Source: Chrysomallon squamiferum (taxonomy: Eukaryota; Animalia; Mollusca). Taken from it: DNA of 64,000 bases. Below the pieces are notes generated by a model. It did no database searches and had not been told where the DNA came from. It saw only the letters and a program-made list of their open reading frames with translations. Shown in pieces: positions 43,318 to 57,101 of the stretch (its first letter is position 1; each line of letters opens with the position of its first letter). The DNA lies in the NCBI GenBank assembly GCA_012295275.1, contig CM022670.1, positions 41,974,001 to 42,038,000 on the forward strand, in the 5' to 3' direction. The translations under genes and the position numbers were made by a program.

Positions 43318-43935
43318 TGTACTGAAACAACCAGTTTAATTAGGCCACTGTCAGTTTTGAAACAATTTAATTGGGTCACTGTCTGTATTGAAACAATTTA
43401 ATTAGGTCACTGTCTGTCTTGAAACAGTTTAATTAGGTCACTGTCCGTACTGAAACAGTTTAAATAGGCCACTGTCTGTATTGAAACAGTTTAATCAGGT
43501 CACTGTCTGTCTTTAATCAGGCCACTGTCTGTATTGAAACAGTTTAAATAGGCCACTGTCTGTATTGAAACAGTTTAATCAGGTCACTGTCTGTATTGAA
43601 ACAGTTTAAATAGGCCACTGTCTGTATTGAAACAGTTTAATCAGGTCACTGTCTGTATTGAAACAGTTTAATCAGGCCACTGTCTGTATTGAAACAGTTT
43701 AATCAGGCCACTGTCTGTATTGAAACAGTTTAATTAGGCCACTGTCTGTACTGAAACAATTTAATTAGGCCACTGTCTGTATTGAAACAGTTTAATTAGG
43801 TCACTGTCTGTATTGAAACAGTTTAATTAGGTCACTGTCTGTATTGAAACAGTTCAATTAGGCTATAGTCTGTACTGAAACAGTTTAATTAGGCCATTGT
43901 CGTTCCAGAAATAATTAGTTTAATCAGGTCATTGT
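43318..43935. repeat. 31 bp minisatellite (ACTGTCTGTATTGAAACAGTTTAATTAGGYC)
   Basis: About 19 tandem copies. Confidence 0.95.
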
Positions 43936-44021
43936 ACTGACACAGTTACTGTAATCAGTCATTACTTAAGCAAAACAGTTAATTAATCTGTCTACTATCA
44001 ATACTGAAACTTTTAAAACGT

Positions 44022-44310
44022 CGTATCTCTGTCTGTACAAAACTCAGTTTAAACGTATCTCTGTCTGTACAAAACTCAGTTTAAACGTTTCTCTGTCTGT
44101 ACAGAACTCAGTTTAAACGTTTCTCTGTCTGTACAGAACTCAGTTTAAACGTATCTCTGTTTCTACAGAACACAGTTTAAACGTTTCTCTGTCTGTACAA
44201 AACTCAGTTTAAACGTATCTCTGTCTGTACAGAACTCAGTTTAAACGTTTCTCTGTCTGTACAGAACTCAGTTTAAACGTATCTGTGTCTGTATACAACT
44301 CAGTTCAAAC
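44022..44310. repeat. 32 bp minisatellite (TCTCTGTCTGTACAGAACTCAGTTTAAACGTW)
   Basis: About 9 tandem copies; resembles the adjacent 31-mer (CTGTCTGTA...CAGTTTAA). Confidence 0.95.
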
Positions 44311-45068
44311 ATGTTCAACAGAGTTTGCTTACTTAGATAACTGAAATAATGTTAAATAGACCGTAATTAACTGAGAATTATTTACTGTAACGACCACTGA
44401 CTGTAACGAAATAATATAATTGGATCATTGTCTGTACTGGTTCACAATTAATCAGTGGAACAAGGCCACTGAGCACGTTTTATTGACAGGCAGGTCACCG
44501 CGAGATGTTTGAGTCCAGGCAGGGGGAGGCAGGCTGAGAGGGGAGGGTACATTTTCAACAGGACTGTTATGTTTCTGACCATGCAGTTACGTCTGGGCTG
44601 AAAGGCACTGGTCAAGCACGGTGTCTTTGAACAAGAAGTCAAATCTTTATTTTGGAAATTCGAATTTTCTGTCAGCTGAAGACAAACACTGGCGAGGCGT
44701 GTGGCTATTGAACCGAAGCCGAAAAGGAACTGTGCAACATCGATGTCCGGGCTGAGACGTGTAGAAACTAATTTCATTGTTGAGTGACTGGCACAGAGAG
44801 GCATCGTTCACAACAACTATCCTCAGGCAAATATTTAAAAAATATTTAAAAACTATGTACTGGCTCTAATTTGTTTTCGTTATTGTTTCTGTAACCTTTA
44901 AGTAGAAAAAAATAAGAATGGAAAGAAGAAACGTAAATGTTTTAGTTACAAAGCGAAGAAATAAATAACCGGAAAAGAGATAATAATATAATAATAATAA
45001 TAATAACAACAACAATAATAATAAAATTTAAAAAAATAATAAGAAGAAAAAAAATCAAATATCAAAAC

Positions 45069-45099
<31 letters not shown>

Positions 45100-45507
45100 T
45101 TCGAGGACAATGTTGAAAGGAAAAAGAAAAAAAGATGTTGAAATTCAGAAATAAACAAACAGTCCAGTGTTAACAATGCCTGTATAAAAGAATTGATTTT
45201 TAATATTCTATTAAGGCAGATGATTTTAAAACAAATTTTAACAAAGTGAAGTATTGGTAACGCATTTTCATTATTTCTTGGTTGCCATGGTTATGTTCTA
45301 TATTTCTGTCATATATTTATATATATATGCAGTTGTACAACATTTTAGGGTAATAATTTTTATAAAACATTATTAATTTTATGACAAATTAAATTTTTTA
45401 TTGTTTGTTTCTGAAAATATTTTTATTCAATTAATTATTAGATATTTTGATTTATTTTTCATTTGTAGCATCATCATCATAACTACCACTTAATACTGTT
45501 ATTATTA

Positions 45508-45577
<70 letters not shown>

Positions 45578-45937
45578 AAGTAATTAATCAATAATGTATT
45601 TGTTTATTATTATAATACTGATAGGTACTTTCGTCCTATAAACTTTTTTAATTTTTGTATTTTTCCTCGTACTTTTTTGCGACTTGGGTGACACCGAATC
45701 CTCTGAGGCAGATAAGAAAACTTTTCAGTCTCTGGTAAAAAAATGAACAGAAGTGTTTTGTTAATATCTGTGACGGCGTGTTATTGTAGTTTTAAGTGAT
45801 GTTTTCAAGAGACAGTTTACGAGAATTCCTGCTGAGTAGCTGTAATGAGAGGGAACAAATCTACTGTTCAACAAGAGACCACGTCACAAAACGTTGTCAT
45901 CGGAGATGCAAACAAGCGAGCAATGGCGGACGCTGAG

Positions 45938-45952
45938 AGCGCCATCTAGCGA
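45938..45952 (-). promoter_or_regulatory. candidate CTCF site (minus strand TCGCTAGATGGCGCT)
   Basis: Plus strand AGCGCCATCTAGCGA; matches the CTCF core in reverse orientation, inside a CpG-rich island. Confidence 0.45.
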
Positions 45953-47248
45953 GCAGCAGCGCCGCGGGCTGCCTGGGATTACCTTCATTACACCAGTCCT
46001 GGGAGAGTGTCTAATTTGTCTCGGCTTCTTGCTCGTGTCAACCAAGCGAGATGTGAAACCTTTAACATTCAAGTGAACATTTCTTCTTCCCGCTGCATCT
46101 CGCAGTATCCATAGTAACGCAGAGGATGGGCGCATCGAGAGAGGATATCAAAGAGGTTTTGAGTGAGGCTGTGCAGATCAATAGCAGAGGCCCGGGGCAA
46201 AGTCAAAGACACGGAAACACACAGGACGAGGGATAAAATAAATTTGACAATTTCCGTTCTGACATCAGCATAACCCACTCATCTGGGATTGAAGAAAGAT
46301 TTGCAGCTCTTTCCAGATCAGAAAGGAAATTTTTTACTTAGTAAAATGTAACATAATAAATGTCTCAGTTAATAAAGATTAGAAATATTTGATTTCTAAA
46401 CTTTTTTTTTCTTCTGTTATTTTAAGTTAATGAGAAATGACTGTGTTCTACCTGATGTTAACTAATTCTGGTAACACGTTTCTACAGTGTCTGTCTTTCT
46501 TTGTTATCTGCTGTAGATGTCTGTGTTCTGTGTGTCCTTCTGTCTATCTACATGATTATAATCAGCTGCCTAATCGCTGTCTGCACAGGTATAAATTTAT
46601 AATACTCTGTCTAATATTTGTCTGTCTGTATATTTATAATTATCTTTCTGATGTCTCTCCTTGTATGTCGTTTTTTTTGTGTGTTTTTTTTTTTTTTTTT
46701 TTTTCCACTGTCCTTTTTATCTTTCTTTCAACATTTGTTATATGCAATAATCTTTAATTTTACCTGAATGTGTTTGTCGGTTTCTAAGTCTGTCTGTATT
46801 AATCAGTTACTGTTTAACTGACTTTTTCTCTTTTATTTCCATAAACACTGCGTAACACAGTGAAGCAAACTCAAGTCCTGCATCTTAATGATTGATAACA
46901 AAGTGGCATCGGCAAAGATCGGGTGTCTCCGGCAGCCTATGTGATTGATGGCGGAGTTGTATCGGAGGGCATCTCTGATGGACTCGTGCACGAACATTAT
47001 CCTATCTGCTGTCCTGCACGTCAGCTCGTCGGATATCTTAAACCATTCGCGCGTCTCCTAGAGGCCTTTCTGTCAAACACCCAACACGGAGCAGGTGATG
47101 CCATTTCCAATTACGTATAAAATAGAAAATAGTAACACGAGTGGAAATGTCCTCCAACTGGACTCCGTAATAGTCACGTCATTTTCTGTTTTGTTAACTT
47201 TGAGTCAGCCCAAGTCTCAGATATAACATCGATACAGTCTAAACTGAG

Positions 47249-47892
47249 AGTAATTCTGTATTAACTGTACACCATAAACTAGTAATAATTCTGTATTAAC
47301 TATACACTATAAACTAGTAGTAATTCTCTATTAACTATACACTATAAACTAGTAGTAGTTCTGTATTAACTATACACTATAAACTAGTAGTAATTCTGTA
47401 TTAACTATACACCATTAACTAGTAGTAATTCTGCATTAACTAAAGACTATAAACTAGTAGTAATTCTGTATTAACTAAAGACTATAAACTAGTAGTAATT
47501 CTGTATTAACTAAACACTATAAACTAGTAGTAATTCTGTATTAACTATACACCATAAACTAGGAGTAATTCTGCATTAACTATACACCATAAACTAGTAG
47601 TAATTCTGCATTAACTATACACCATAAACTAGTAGTAATTCTGCATTAACTATACACCATAAACTAGTAGTAATTCTCTATTAACTATACACCATAAACT
47701 AGTAGTAATTCTGCATTAACTATACACCATAAACTAGTAGTAATTCTGTATTAACTATACACTATAAACTAGTAGTAATTCTGTATTAAATATACACTAT
47801 AAACTAGTAGTAATTCTGTATTAACTATACACTATAAACTAGTAGTAATTCTGTATTAACTATACACTATAAACTAGTAGTAATTCTGTATA
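47249..47892. repeat. 35 bp minisatellite (AAACTAGTAGTAATTCTGTATTAACTATACACYAT)
   Basis: About 18 tandem copies. Confidence 0.96.
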
Positions 47893-48189
47893 ACACAAAT
47901 GCACGCATGACGCACACTAAACTATACGACTGAAGACAGAACTATCTAATCTACGAAATACTCTGTGTTAAATGATGCGATGTAGCAACTGGATGTGGGC
48001 GTTCAAACGACCAGAGACTGAGCTGTGTCTTGTTTGCTGTGTATCTCAACACGGACTTCAGTGTCAGTCAGAAACACAGCAAACGTCCACAGCTGTACAC
48101 TCTCGTTTTATTAAGATGTCATAATTATCACTAGTGTGCTCGATCCCATAATTATAGTAATAATAAAAAATAATATTAATAGTATTGCT

Positions 48190-49070
48190 ATTACCACATT
48201 ACCATTACTATAATTATTAGTGCTACTACCACCACTAGAATTACTACATTACTATTACAATAATTATTAGTGCTATTACTACCACTAGAATTACTACATT
48301 ACTATTACAATAATTATTAGTGCTACTACTACCACTAGAATTACTACATTACTATTACTATAATTATTAGTGCTACTACCACCACTAGAATTACTACATT
48401 ACTATTACTATAATTATTAGTGCTACTACCACCACTAGAATTACTACATTACTATTACTATAATTACTAGTGCTACTACCACCACTAGAATTACTACATT
48501 ACTATTACTATAATTATTAGTGCTACTACCACCTCTAGAATTACCACATTAGTATTACTATAATTACTAGTGCTACTGTCACCACTACAATAACTATATT
48601 ACTATTACTACAATTATTACTAGAATTACTATATTACTATTACATAATTATTAGTACTACTATTACCACTAGAATTACTACATTACTATTACTATAATTA
48701 TTCGTGCTACTATCACCTCTACAATAACCACATTACTATTACTATAATTACTAGTACTACTATCACGTTACCACGTTACTATTACTATAATTTTAGTACT
48801 ACTATCACCACTAGAATTACCACATTAGTATTAATATAATTATTAATAGTACTATATAATTATTTACTAATACTACTACTATCACCACTAGAATTATCAC
48901 ATTACTATTAATATAATTATTAGTACTACCATCACAACTAGAATTACCACATTAGAATTAATATAATTATTAGTACTACTATTATCACAATTAGAATTAC
49001 CACATTAGAATTACTGTAATTATTAGTACTACTATTACCACTATAATTACCATGTTGCTATTATAATAAT
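48190..49070. repeat. 50 bp minisatellite (ACCACTAGAATTACTACATTACTATTACTATAATTATTAGTGCTACTACC), decaying to the right
   Basis: Visible periodicity. Confidence 0.93.
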
Positions 49071-50857
49071 TTATTATACACTACCATTAGCACAACTCTT
49101 TCTACATTTACTCCTACTATTACTACTATAACTACTATTTATATTACTACTTTATTTAATATTGTTAACAAATGTACTGCTACAACTACTAATATTACTT
49201 TACTATTCCTATTACTACTAATATTATCGTTACTACTGAGAACTAGTGATACTTCTCCAGCTGCTAATGTATTATTAGTACCAGTACTACAACTGTTACG
49301 CAATGACTTTGCCGTAGTTGGTGATTCTTTATGTAAATTGTTCTATTAAATCTAGTGAGTTATTCACTGAAATTTCGCTCAGTGGAATGCGCTGTATTAA
49401 AATAATAAGATCGGGTGTGTTTATTATCTGCCAGTGAAACGTTGTTAGTTGACCTGACATGTCAGTAGGACGAGGTTAGACGTGAGAACGCAACTCATCC
49501 TGGGTCCAGTGTGCCTAGCATGCCATCGGGCGGTTTGTATCCAGCCCAATTAGATTCCGGGAACAAATTAATTCGCAGATTGAAGAATTAATTGATTCCT
49601 TTCGCTGCGAATTTCTCTCACTGCGAAAACCGTGTGGAAAAATCCTCATTTGGGACGCCAAGAACAGCCGCGCCCAATTTGATTACCTCCCCTCATTTGC
49701 ATGGTTATTGGTGTCGAAGCAGACGTGGTTTGGTGGTGGGTTTTTTAATGGGCAGGACGTATTGCTGAAGATATTAGTTTGAAGCTCATCATGCTGACTG
49801 GTGAAACTATCCAGAGAAGATTTCCGCGATCCCAGGAGAATGGGTGGCTTTGCATTCAGATAGGGAGAAAATTACCGTTCAAATCTTCTAATTTCCAATG
49901 GACGTCTTGAAGCCGCCAAGAAATTCAACTTGGGTGAGAGGAATTAGGGATGAAAGGTCGAAAATTTGCCCGTCCATCATTAATGAACGGCTTCGTCTAC
50001 AGATGGCGCAGAATGTGGGAAACCTGCACGATACTTGTCCCGCGGTAATTTTAGACGGGTCGATCGAAGAAAACGAAATTGCATTTAAATTCTGTTGGCG
50101 ATGTTTGCCGGGCGACAACCTGTCTTGTAATGTTTCTCCCAGAAATGAAGACGTATGAGTTAACACAAGATTTTCTATTAGTGACCGCCCGACATACATC
50201 ACTCCTTAAAAGTTTTAACAAACCTCGTTTCTTTTCACTGAAGCCACATCGTTGTTTTTGCTGTTGGAATGAATTTTGTTGGACACATCAATGCAGAGGT
50301 AGTCTGCGGCGAGTAAAACAATATTGACACGTGTGTTTGCTGCAATTAGCAGTCGGGACCAACTGTTTCTAAATAACCTGTTTTTTCTCACATCACAGGT
50401 TTCTAGCTTAATTGTCGTGTGCTTGCTTTGTTTCTGTCTGTTAGTACGTGTGTGTGTGTGTATGTATGTATTTACGTGTTAATGTATGCATTTATGTGTT
50501 TCTGTTAACGTGTGTATAGTTACGTGTTTAAATGTATGCATTTATGTGTTTCTGTTAACGTGTGTGTTGTGTGTTTATGTGTTAATGTATGTATTTATGT
50601 GTTTCTGTTAACGTGTGTTAATTTGTGTGTATTTACGTGTTAATGTATAATTTATGTTTTCTGTTAACGTGTGTTATGTCTTTGTATTTTATGTTAATGT
50701 GAATGTGTTAACGAGTTAATGTGTGTATTAGTTTTCAGTGAATGGAGGGGGTTTAGCTATAATTGTTTTTAATCTGGTCTGTACCTTATGTGTGAATGAA
50801 TTAATCAAACTGATGGATTATTAAAGTATTAATCTGGAACCTCAATAAATCAAACTG

Positions 50858-51088
<231 letters not shown>

Positions 51089-51915
51089 CCTGTATTATAA
51101 AAACAGTGGGCTGGTTTTCCACACAAACTAGCAACGCACGCTCTTCCACTGCGCTGCAGACGACCTATCACCCGATGCTTAGTGAGAAACGTGAGACAGC
51201 GGATTATTAAAGCTGACCTGTTTGTTTTCCGCTCGCAGTAAAACGAGCCCGCAGAAATGTTACAACGACGTCCTCGTTTCAGGCGATGTCCTGACAACGA
51301 GAATGTCGTAACGACAGTCATAACACAGAATTTTTTACTGTATGACAATTCATTAAAAACAAAAAGAAAATAATTAATTAAAGTAAAACAAAATAATAAT
51401 TTTAAAACAAAATAAATAAATAAAAATTTAGGAAATATATATAGAATGAATAATAATTTAAAATAGATAAATAAGTAAGTAAGTAAATAAAAGATAAATA
51501 AATGAAAAACTATATCTGATAAATAATAATTTGATTTTCTTAATTATGTCCGTCTTAAATCGTTTAATTAGTTTTAAATGTCGTAACTGTCACTATTTTA
51601 TACACTTACATTTTAATTTGAAATCACAACACACACACACACACACACACGTATTTCTTTTTATAAATAATGTTTTTTTCATACATCAAACATCGTGAAC
51701 TAACATTTCATTCATACTAATTCCTATAAAATTTACAATTATTTGACTTACTGTATTATTTTAATTTATGACATTATTTTAAATAAGTTAATTATGTATA
51801 TTCCTTTTATTTCAATCATTCAGTATTTATTTACTGCATATTTATTATATTATTACCAAATTGTCCATATTGAATATATTATTCACTTTTACTTTAATAT
51901 ATGTATGTATGTATG

Positions 51916-51964
<49 letters not shown>

Positions 51965-53236
51965 GAGTGTGTATGCGTGCATTTATAATATTTCACTTAT
52001 TAAAATGACAGACGAAATAAAGAACAAACGGTAATAAAATAAAATAATTAGATAAACTAAACTGTCAATGATAACATTTTTTGTGAGTCACCTGGTTCAG
52101 TGCTAGATATAATTCTGTTTTGTTGTTTTTGTTTCAGTGTGTTGTCAGTGTTCTGCCTTAGGTATTGTAAATAATATTAAAACATAATTATATGTAATAT
52201 AGTTTCAGCAACACCATTAAAAACAAACATGCTCTTCTCACTTTAATAAATAAGTAATAAAATATTTCAAAACAACAATATTTTAGCGAATACCTCTCCA
52301 GTGTAGGAAGGGAGATAACTGATGGATACAAAACGAATGTTTCTCAATTGATATTTTTTATTATTATTTTAATGAACATCACCGAGATATAACACAATAA
52401 TAAAATTGTTAAATGTTTTATAATACTGTGTTAAAATTTTTATATGACAGTATTAAATATATTTTATAACATAATGCTAAATATTTTATAACTTAATTTT
52501 AAAATATTTAGAACAAAATTCACTATGTTTTATAACATAACTGTTAAATGTGTTTTATAACATAATGTTAAATATTTTATAATATAATGTTAAAATTTTT
52601 ATGATATAATGTTTAATATTTTTATAGCATAAGTCATGTCTGTATACATGTGTGCACGTATATGTTTAGTATGCGTGTATTTATTTATGTATATGTGTTT
52701 ATGTGTATATTTCTGTATGTGTGTGTGTATATATATATGTATATGTATGTATGCAATTATGCGTATATATAGTAAATAGATAGCCAGAAAGATACATAGA
52801 TTTATATTTATATATGTATGTATATAATGTATGTGTTTTTGCATAAATATATGTATGTTTGTGTGCAAATATTCAAGTTTGTATTTTACTCTATCATTTC
52901 AAAGTTTGTTATTTTGTTATTTTAAAAACTATTTTAAAAAGTTTGGTTGACAAGCGGATTATAAGCAGCACTATTGAAAATAACAAAACACAGAAAACAA
53001 AATTAATAAAAATGTTATAACAAAGAATCTGTGTGTTAACATTGCCCACACTTTATATATGGCATTAAGTATGACACTGCCATAGCAACAGAGAAAACCT
53101 ACGTCTCAGTTATTATGAATGTTTTGCTTTGTTAATAGGAAGGAGAGATTTAGTACAATGACTGATTGGTTCAGGTTTTTAAATTAGTTTCCAATCTTCG
53201 TCATATTACATATTCCTGCATGTGTAGCTTTTCATT

Positions 53237-53277
<41 letters not shown>

Positions 53278-53979
53278 GTTTTTATTTTAATTATCATTTT
53301 ATTTTGCTTTTTTATCAGTAATTTTATTCATTATGTCAAAAATATAAATGTGTAGACAATATAAAACTGGAACATTATTTATTTTTAATAAGTATTAGAC
53401 TTTTTCTTTTGTTCGCTGTTTTTGTTTGAACGTTTATTAATTATCACTGTTATTTGTTTATTATATTAACATATATGTTGTGTGTTATACTCAGTCAGCT
53501 GGTATTGTTATATTTTGGTTCAACCAGTAATAAAAACTAGGTTATGAACTATTTATAACAAAACATCGATAGTGAATGAAAAAATAAAACATTTTCTGTG
53601 TTTTACGTTCACTTTGTTACTGAGTTTCGTTTATCTGTTATAAATATAGTTCTTAATCTTTGTGTTAATGGATATATAAAGAATACTGATAAATAAAATT
53701 TTAAAAAGTCACTATTCAACATTTTGTTCTATAGGTCTAAAGGTTTCAAAACGACTATACATTCTATAATTTGATTTTGTACCTAAATAAAATGTGAAAG
53801 TTTGTGTGTTGAGATTATTTAAACTTTAATATTATTTATTTACTGTATTACTTTTATTTATTTATTTGTTTATTTTATTTTATTTTATTTTATTATTATT
53901 TTTATTTTTATTTTTTTGATCAAGTAATTAATGTTTGTTAATGATTTTTAGAGCTTTGTGCGTGATAATATTTTATCTA

Positions 53980-54025
<46 letters not shown>

Positions 54026-54235
54026 TTGTTTTATTTTTTTTATTATTATTTTTATTAATTATTATTTTTTTTTATTATTATTTTGTTGTTTTTTTAGGAA
54101 GTTTTCCAGAAATTTTCGATATAATTCTATCAGTGTCCTTGAATTAAGAATAAATGTATACAACTAAACCGAATTCTGCAACACTATAGTTTAATACTTG
54201 TTATTATGCTAAAAACGAAATAAAATACAATACAA

Positions 54236-54273
<38 letters not shown>

Positions 54274-54360
54274 ATAACAGACAAAATATTGTATCGTGAA
54301 TGATAACGTGGTTTACGTGACTCGGAACGAGAACTACGGAATGAACCGAAATATAATTAT

Positions 54361-54447
54361 CTCCCTTTTGTAATCGCCATTCTGATAGCGAAGGTCAAAG
54401 CGGTTGACGAAATCATTCGTTCTTAGTCAAAGGTAGCAGAATACATC
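54361..54447 (+). other. COX6C: COX6C non-coding exon 1 (5' end approximate)
   Basis: CpG-rich patch ending in the strong donor ATC|gtaagt at 54447/54448. Splicing to 55418 gives ...acatc|ATG with A at -3. A pyrimidine tract CTCCCTTTT and a YY1-like CGCCATT lie near the presumed TSS. Confidence 0.65.
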
Positions 54448-55417
54448 GTAAGTAACTCTCTTGAAAGAAAACTTTTATCTCATATAATTTTATAACATAT
54501 ACTTGTTTAATTATAACTTTTTTTATATATCGTGGCTCTTAACAGTTAATGAAAATAACATTTTTATCTCGTGTTCGTTTTACGTTTAGTAATGATGTAT
54601 TTTCGCTCATTTCATCATTCCATTTTATGATGTTTATATTTGTTAAGGTGCATGGACATTTTATTTATCGTTTACCAAAACAAGAAAATGACTTCAGGCA
54701 GAAATAATTAATTTTAAATAAACATTTTTATTTATATTTATTTTCGGATGGAAATATTTTCCGTGTTATTAGATTTTATACTTAAAAGTTAATACTAATA
54801 CGTAATAGAATTTAGAACCTGAACTGTAATATTTGATTTGTAATATTTATGAGAAATAACAGGAGAATGATGATTTTTTTTTCCAGTAAGGTCATACATG
54901 ATATTGTATGATTACATCATATAAACAGTCAAGCTCATGTTGTATCTTTATAAAATTAATATTTTCTGTATTTCTAGCATTTATTTACATGAAAAGTATT
55001 TCTGGAAACATCAGTATTATTGAAAAAATAATAATAATAATAATGTTCCAATTTTATATTGTTTAAATATTTATATTTTAAAAATATTATATACATGGAT
55101 CTTACATAATGTAATATTCCAGTTTGTAATCTGTGTATGTATGACCTTGCACACAACACATTTTCTTTTTTAAACACACACACACACACATATGAGATGC
55201 AGTTACTGAATCTACAAAATGTTGAAATGTTTTATCTGCATAGAAATCAAATTACATTAAACTTTCATGTTTCATGGCATTTATTGTGTAATATTATTTT
55301 GTAGATGTGTGATGAAATCATTGTAACTTCTGATGTAATACTTTGTTGTCGTTTTAAAAAAAATTTAAAGTCGCATAATATTACTGACATATATTGTTGT
55401 TGTTGTTGTTGTTGTAG

Positions 55418-55569
55418 ATGTCTCTGCTGAAACCACCGATGCGAGGACTTCTGTCCACACGTCTGAAACGTGACTTCATAATTGCCTTTGTTTTGGGAGC
55501 AGGAACGTTGTTTGGAACGAAGTTTTTCCTCAACGATCCCAGGAAACAAGCTTACGCTGATTACTATGC
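55418..55569 (+). CDS. COX6C: cytochrome c oxidase subunit 6C, coding exon 1
   Basis: Acceptor gttgtag|ATG and phase-2 donor GC|gtaggt. MSLLKPPMRGLLSTRLKRDFIIAFVLGAGTLFGTKFFLNDPRKQAYADYY has the COX6C signature KPxMRGLL...TM...PRKxAYADFY. Confidence 0.93.
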
Positions 55570-55878
55570 GTAGGTGTCTTTATTCTTACGTGTTATACAT
55601 GTTTCAGAAGTGTCATTTACTAACACAAATAAATATGTTTTTTTGTGGAATACACAAACATACGTAAACAGCCACTTTATCATTTCGTTCTGATTAATGT
55701 CACTTTCTTGATACTAAAGATTAGCAAACTTTAAAATATTTAACTAGGACAACCAAATGTTTTATTTATTTTTTCATTCAGATATGCAGAACTTATGATT
55801 AATTAAAAACACAAATATATTCTTTATATATTTGTATTTTGAATTTTTCACTATGTATATATTGTCATTCTTGTTTAG

Positions 55879-55975
55879 CAATTACGACATGAAAAAAGAC
55901 TACGAGGCCATGGTAAAGGCAGGAGTGTTTCAGTCAGTGAAACCTGATGGAACCATTAACACAGATGGCTGGTAA
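55879..55975 (+). CDS. COX6C: cytochrome c oxidase subunit 6C, coding exon 2 (82 aa total)
   Basis: Acceptor cttgtttag|C, phase 2. (A)NYDMKKDYEAMVKAGVFQSVKPDGTINTDGW* matches COX6C NYDxxKDFExMxKAGIFQS. The exon continues as UTR to the donor TGG|gtgagt at 56005/56006. Confidence 0.93.
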
Positions 55976-56386
55976 CGAAGATTTCTATGTGTAGGCAACA
56001 CTTGGGTGAGTACTCAACAGCTTTCTAAATTTACATAATCAGTGCATTACAGACAGGTGATGAGATAAACAGTGTTAAAAGCCAGGTGTCTGTAATTGTC
56101 CAAATGCACATCGAGTATGTAATTTTGTATTCACTTTTTCACTGATAAGTGTTTGATGAGTAGTATTGAAATTAGAAAATGATAAAAGAAATTGTTATTT
56201 CCCTTGTATCACTTCTTGTAAATATGTATCACTGCTAGCAAGCTACACATTAATATTATAATTGCAGATGAAAAAGTTGTTACAGACTAGAAAATACAGC
56301 AGTGAGTTCAAATAATTGTTATATTTTTCATCTTTATTATTTTCTTTATGTAACAAAAATTTAGTTCTGTTTTATTATTGTTTCAG

Positions 56387-56525
56387 CTTGTGGAAGTACT
56401 CAGAGGACTGTGTGAGAGAGGACAAACTGATAGACATTTTACTTGTGATCTGTTTTTAATAAATTATTAGTTATTCTTTGTCCTTCGTCATCATTTCAAT
56501 CCAATAAAATCTTTTTACACAACTG
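56387..56525 (+). other. COX6C: COX6C non-coding terminal exon with polyA signals (AATAAA 56458-56463 and 56503-56508)
   Basis: Acceptor tattgtttcag|C at 56387, followed by AATAAA and a T-rich downstream element. 3' end approximate. Confidence 0.65.
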
Positions 56526-56590
56526 TGACATTGATTTTTTTTACTTCAGTTCAGCTGAAATTTTGACGTCTTTTTGAAAAAAATGTAATT

Positions 56591-56596
56591 TTTATT
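56591..56596 (-). terminator. candidate polyA signal (AATAAA on minus strand) of the CABIT gene
   Basis: TTTATT at the end of a ~2.1 kb microsatellite-free stretch downstream of the stop at 58696. Other minus-strand AATAAA hexamers exist (e.g. ~56986, ~57363), so this is not unique. Confidence 0.4.
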
Positions 56597-57101
56597 GAAG
56601 ACAAATTATTGAAAATACAAAAATATATAAAAGTTAATGTGCATACATCAAATTTTTTCCTGCTTACCTATTCACAGCAATTAAAATGATTTACTTGAAC
56701 ATAGAGATGTAATTTAAAATTGGAATTGTTTATAAAACAATTAGTAGCTGAACAGTTTGTCCAGTACAAGTCTCTCTTTTAATGTTTTCTAATGTGTGTT
56801 AATAAAGATTTCATAATTCAGCATAGGATTTTGTTTCTAAGTTTGAAGTGATAGAAGAAAAAAAATCATTGAACAGTTAATCTGAATTACAATTATACAG
56901 AGTATATTTAATGTTTGTCACAGATAACAGACAGGTTTGAACTCTGAAGTCCAGCTCACAATGAAACTTGATAGTTAAACAGTATTTTATTGTCAGATAT
57001 CAAATCATGACAGTCTACAGAATGTCTTCTGCAGAGTAATCGCATGATTTATGAGTTGCTGGCTGCAAAAGAATTCTCCATGAATTTGAGAAATATATAT
57101 T

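Noticed and set aside
46069-46278. Signal-peptide-like 69-aa ORF with two Cys (possible secreted peptide)
   Set aside because: Starts at GTG directly after a stop, with no suitable in-frame ATG or clear acceptor; more likely chance within a regulatory island.
49888-50327. Overlapping 82-104 aa ORFs in a GC-richer island
   Set aside because: No recognisable domain or consistent splice sites; treated as non-coding.
55265-55667. Track ORFs 55265..55549 (-) and 55482..55667 (+)
   Set aside because: Antisense and out-of-frame shadows of the real COX6C exon.
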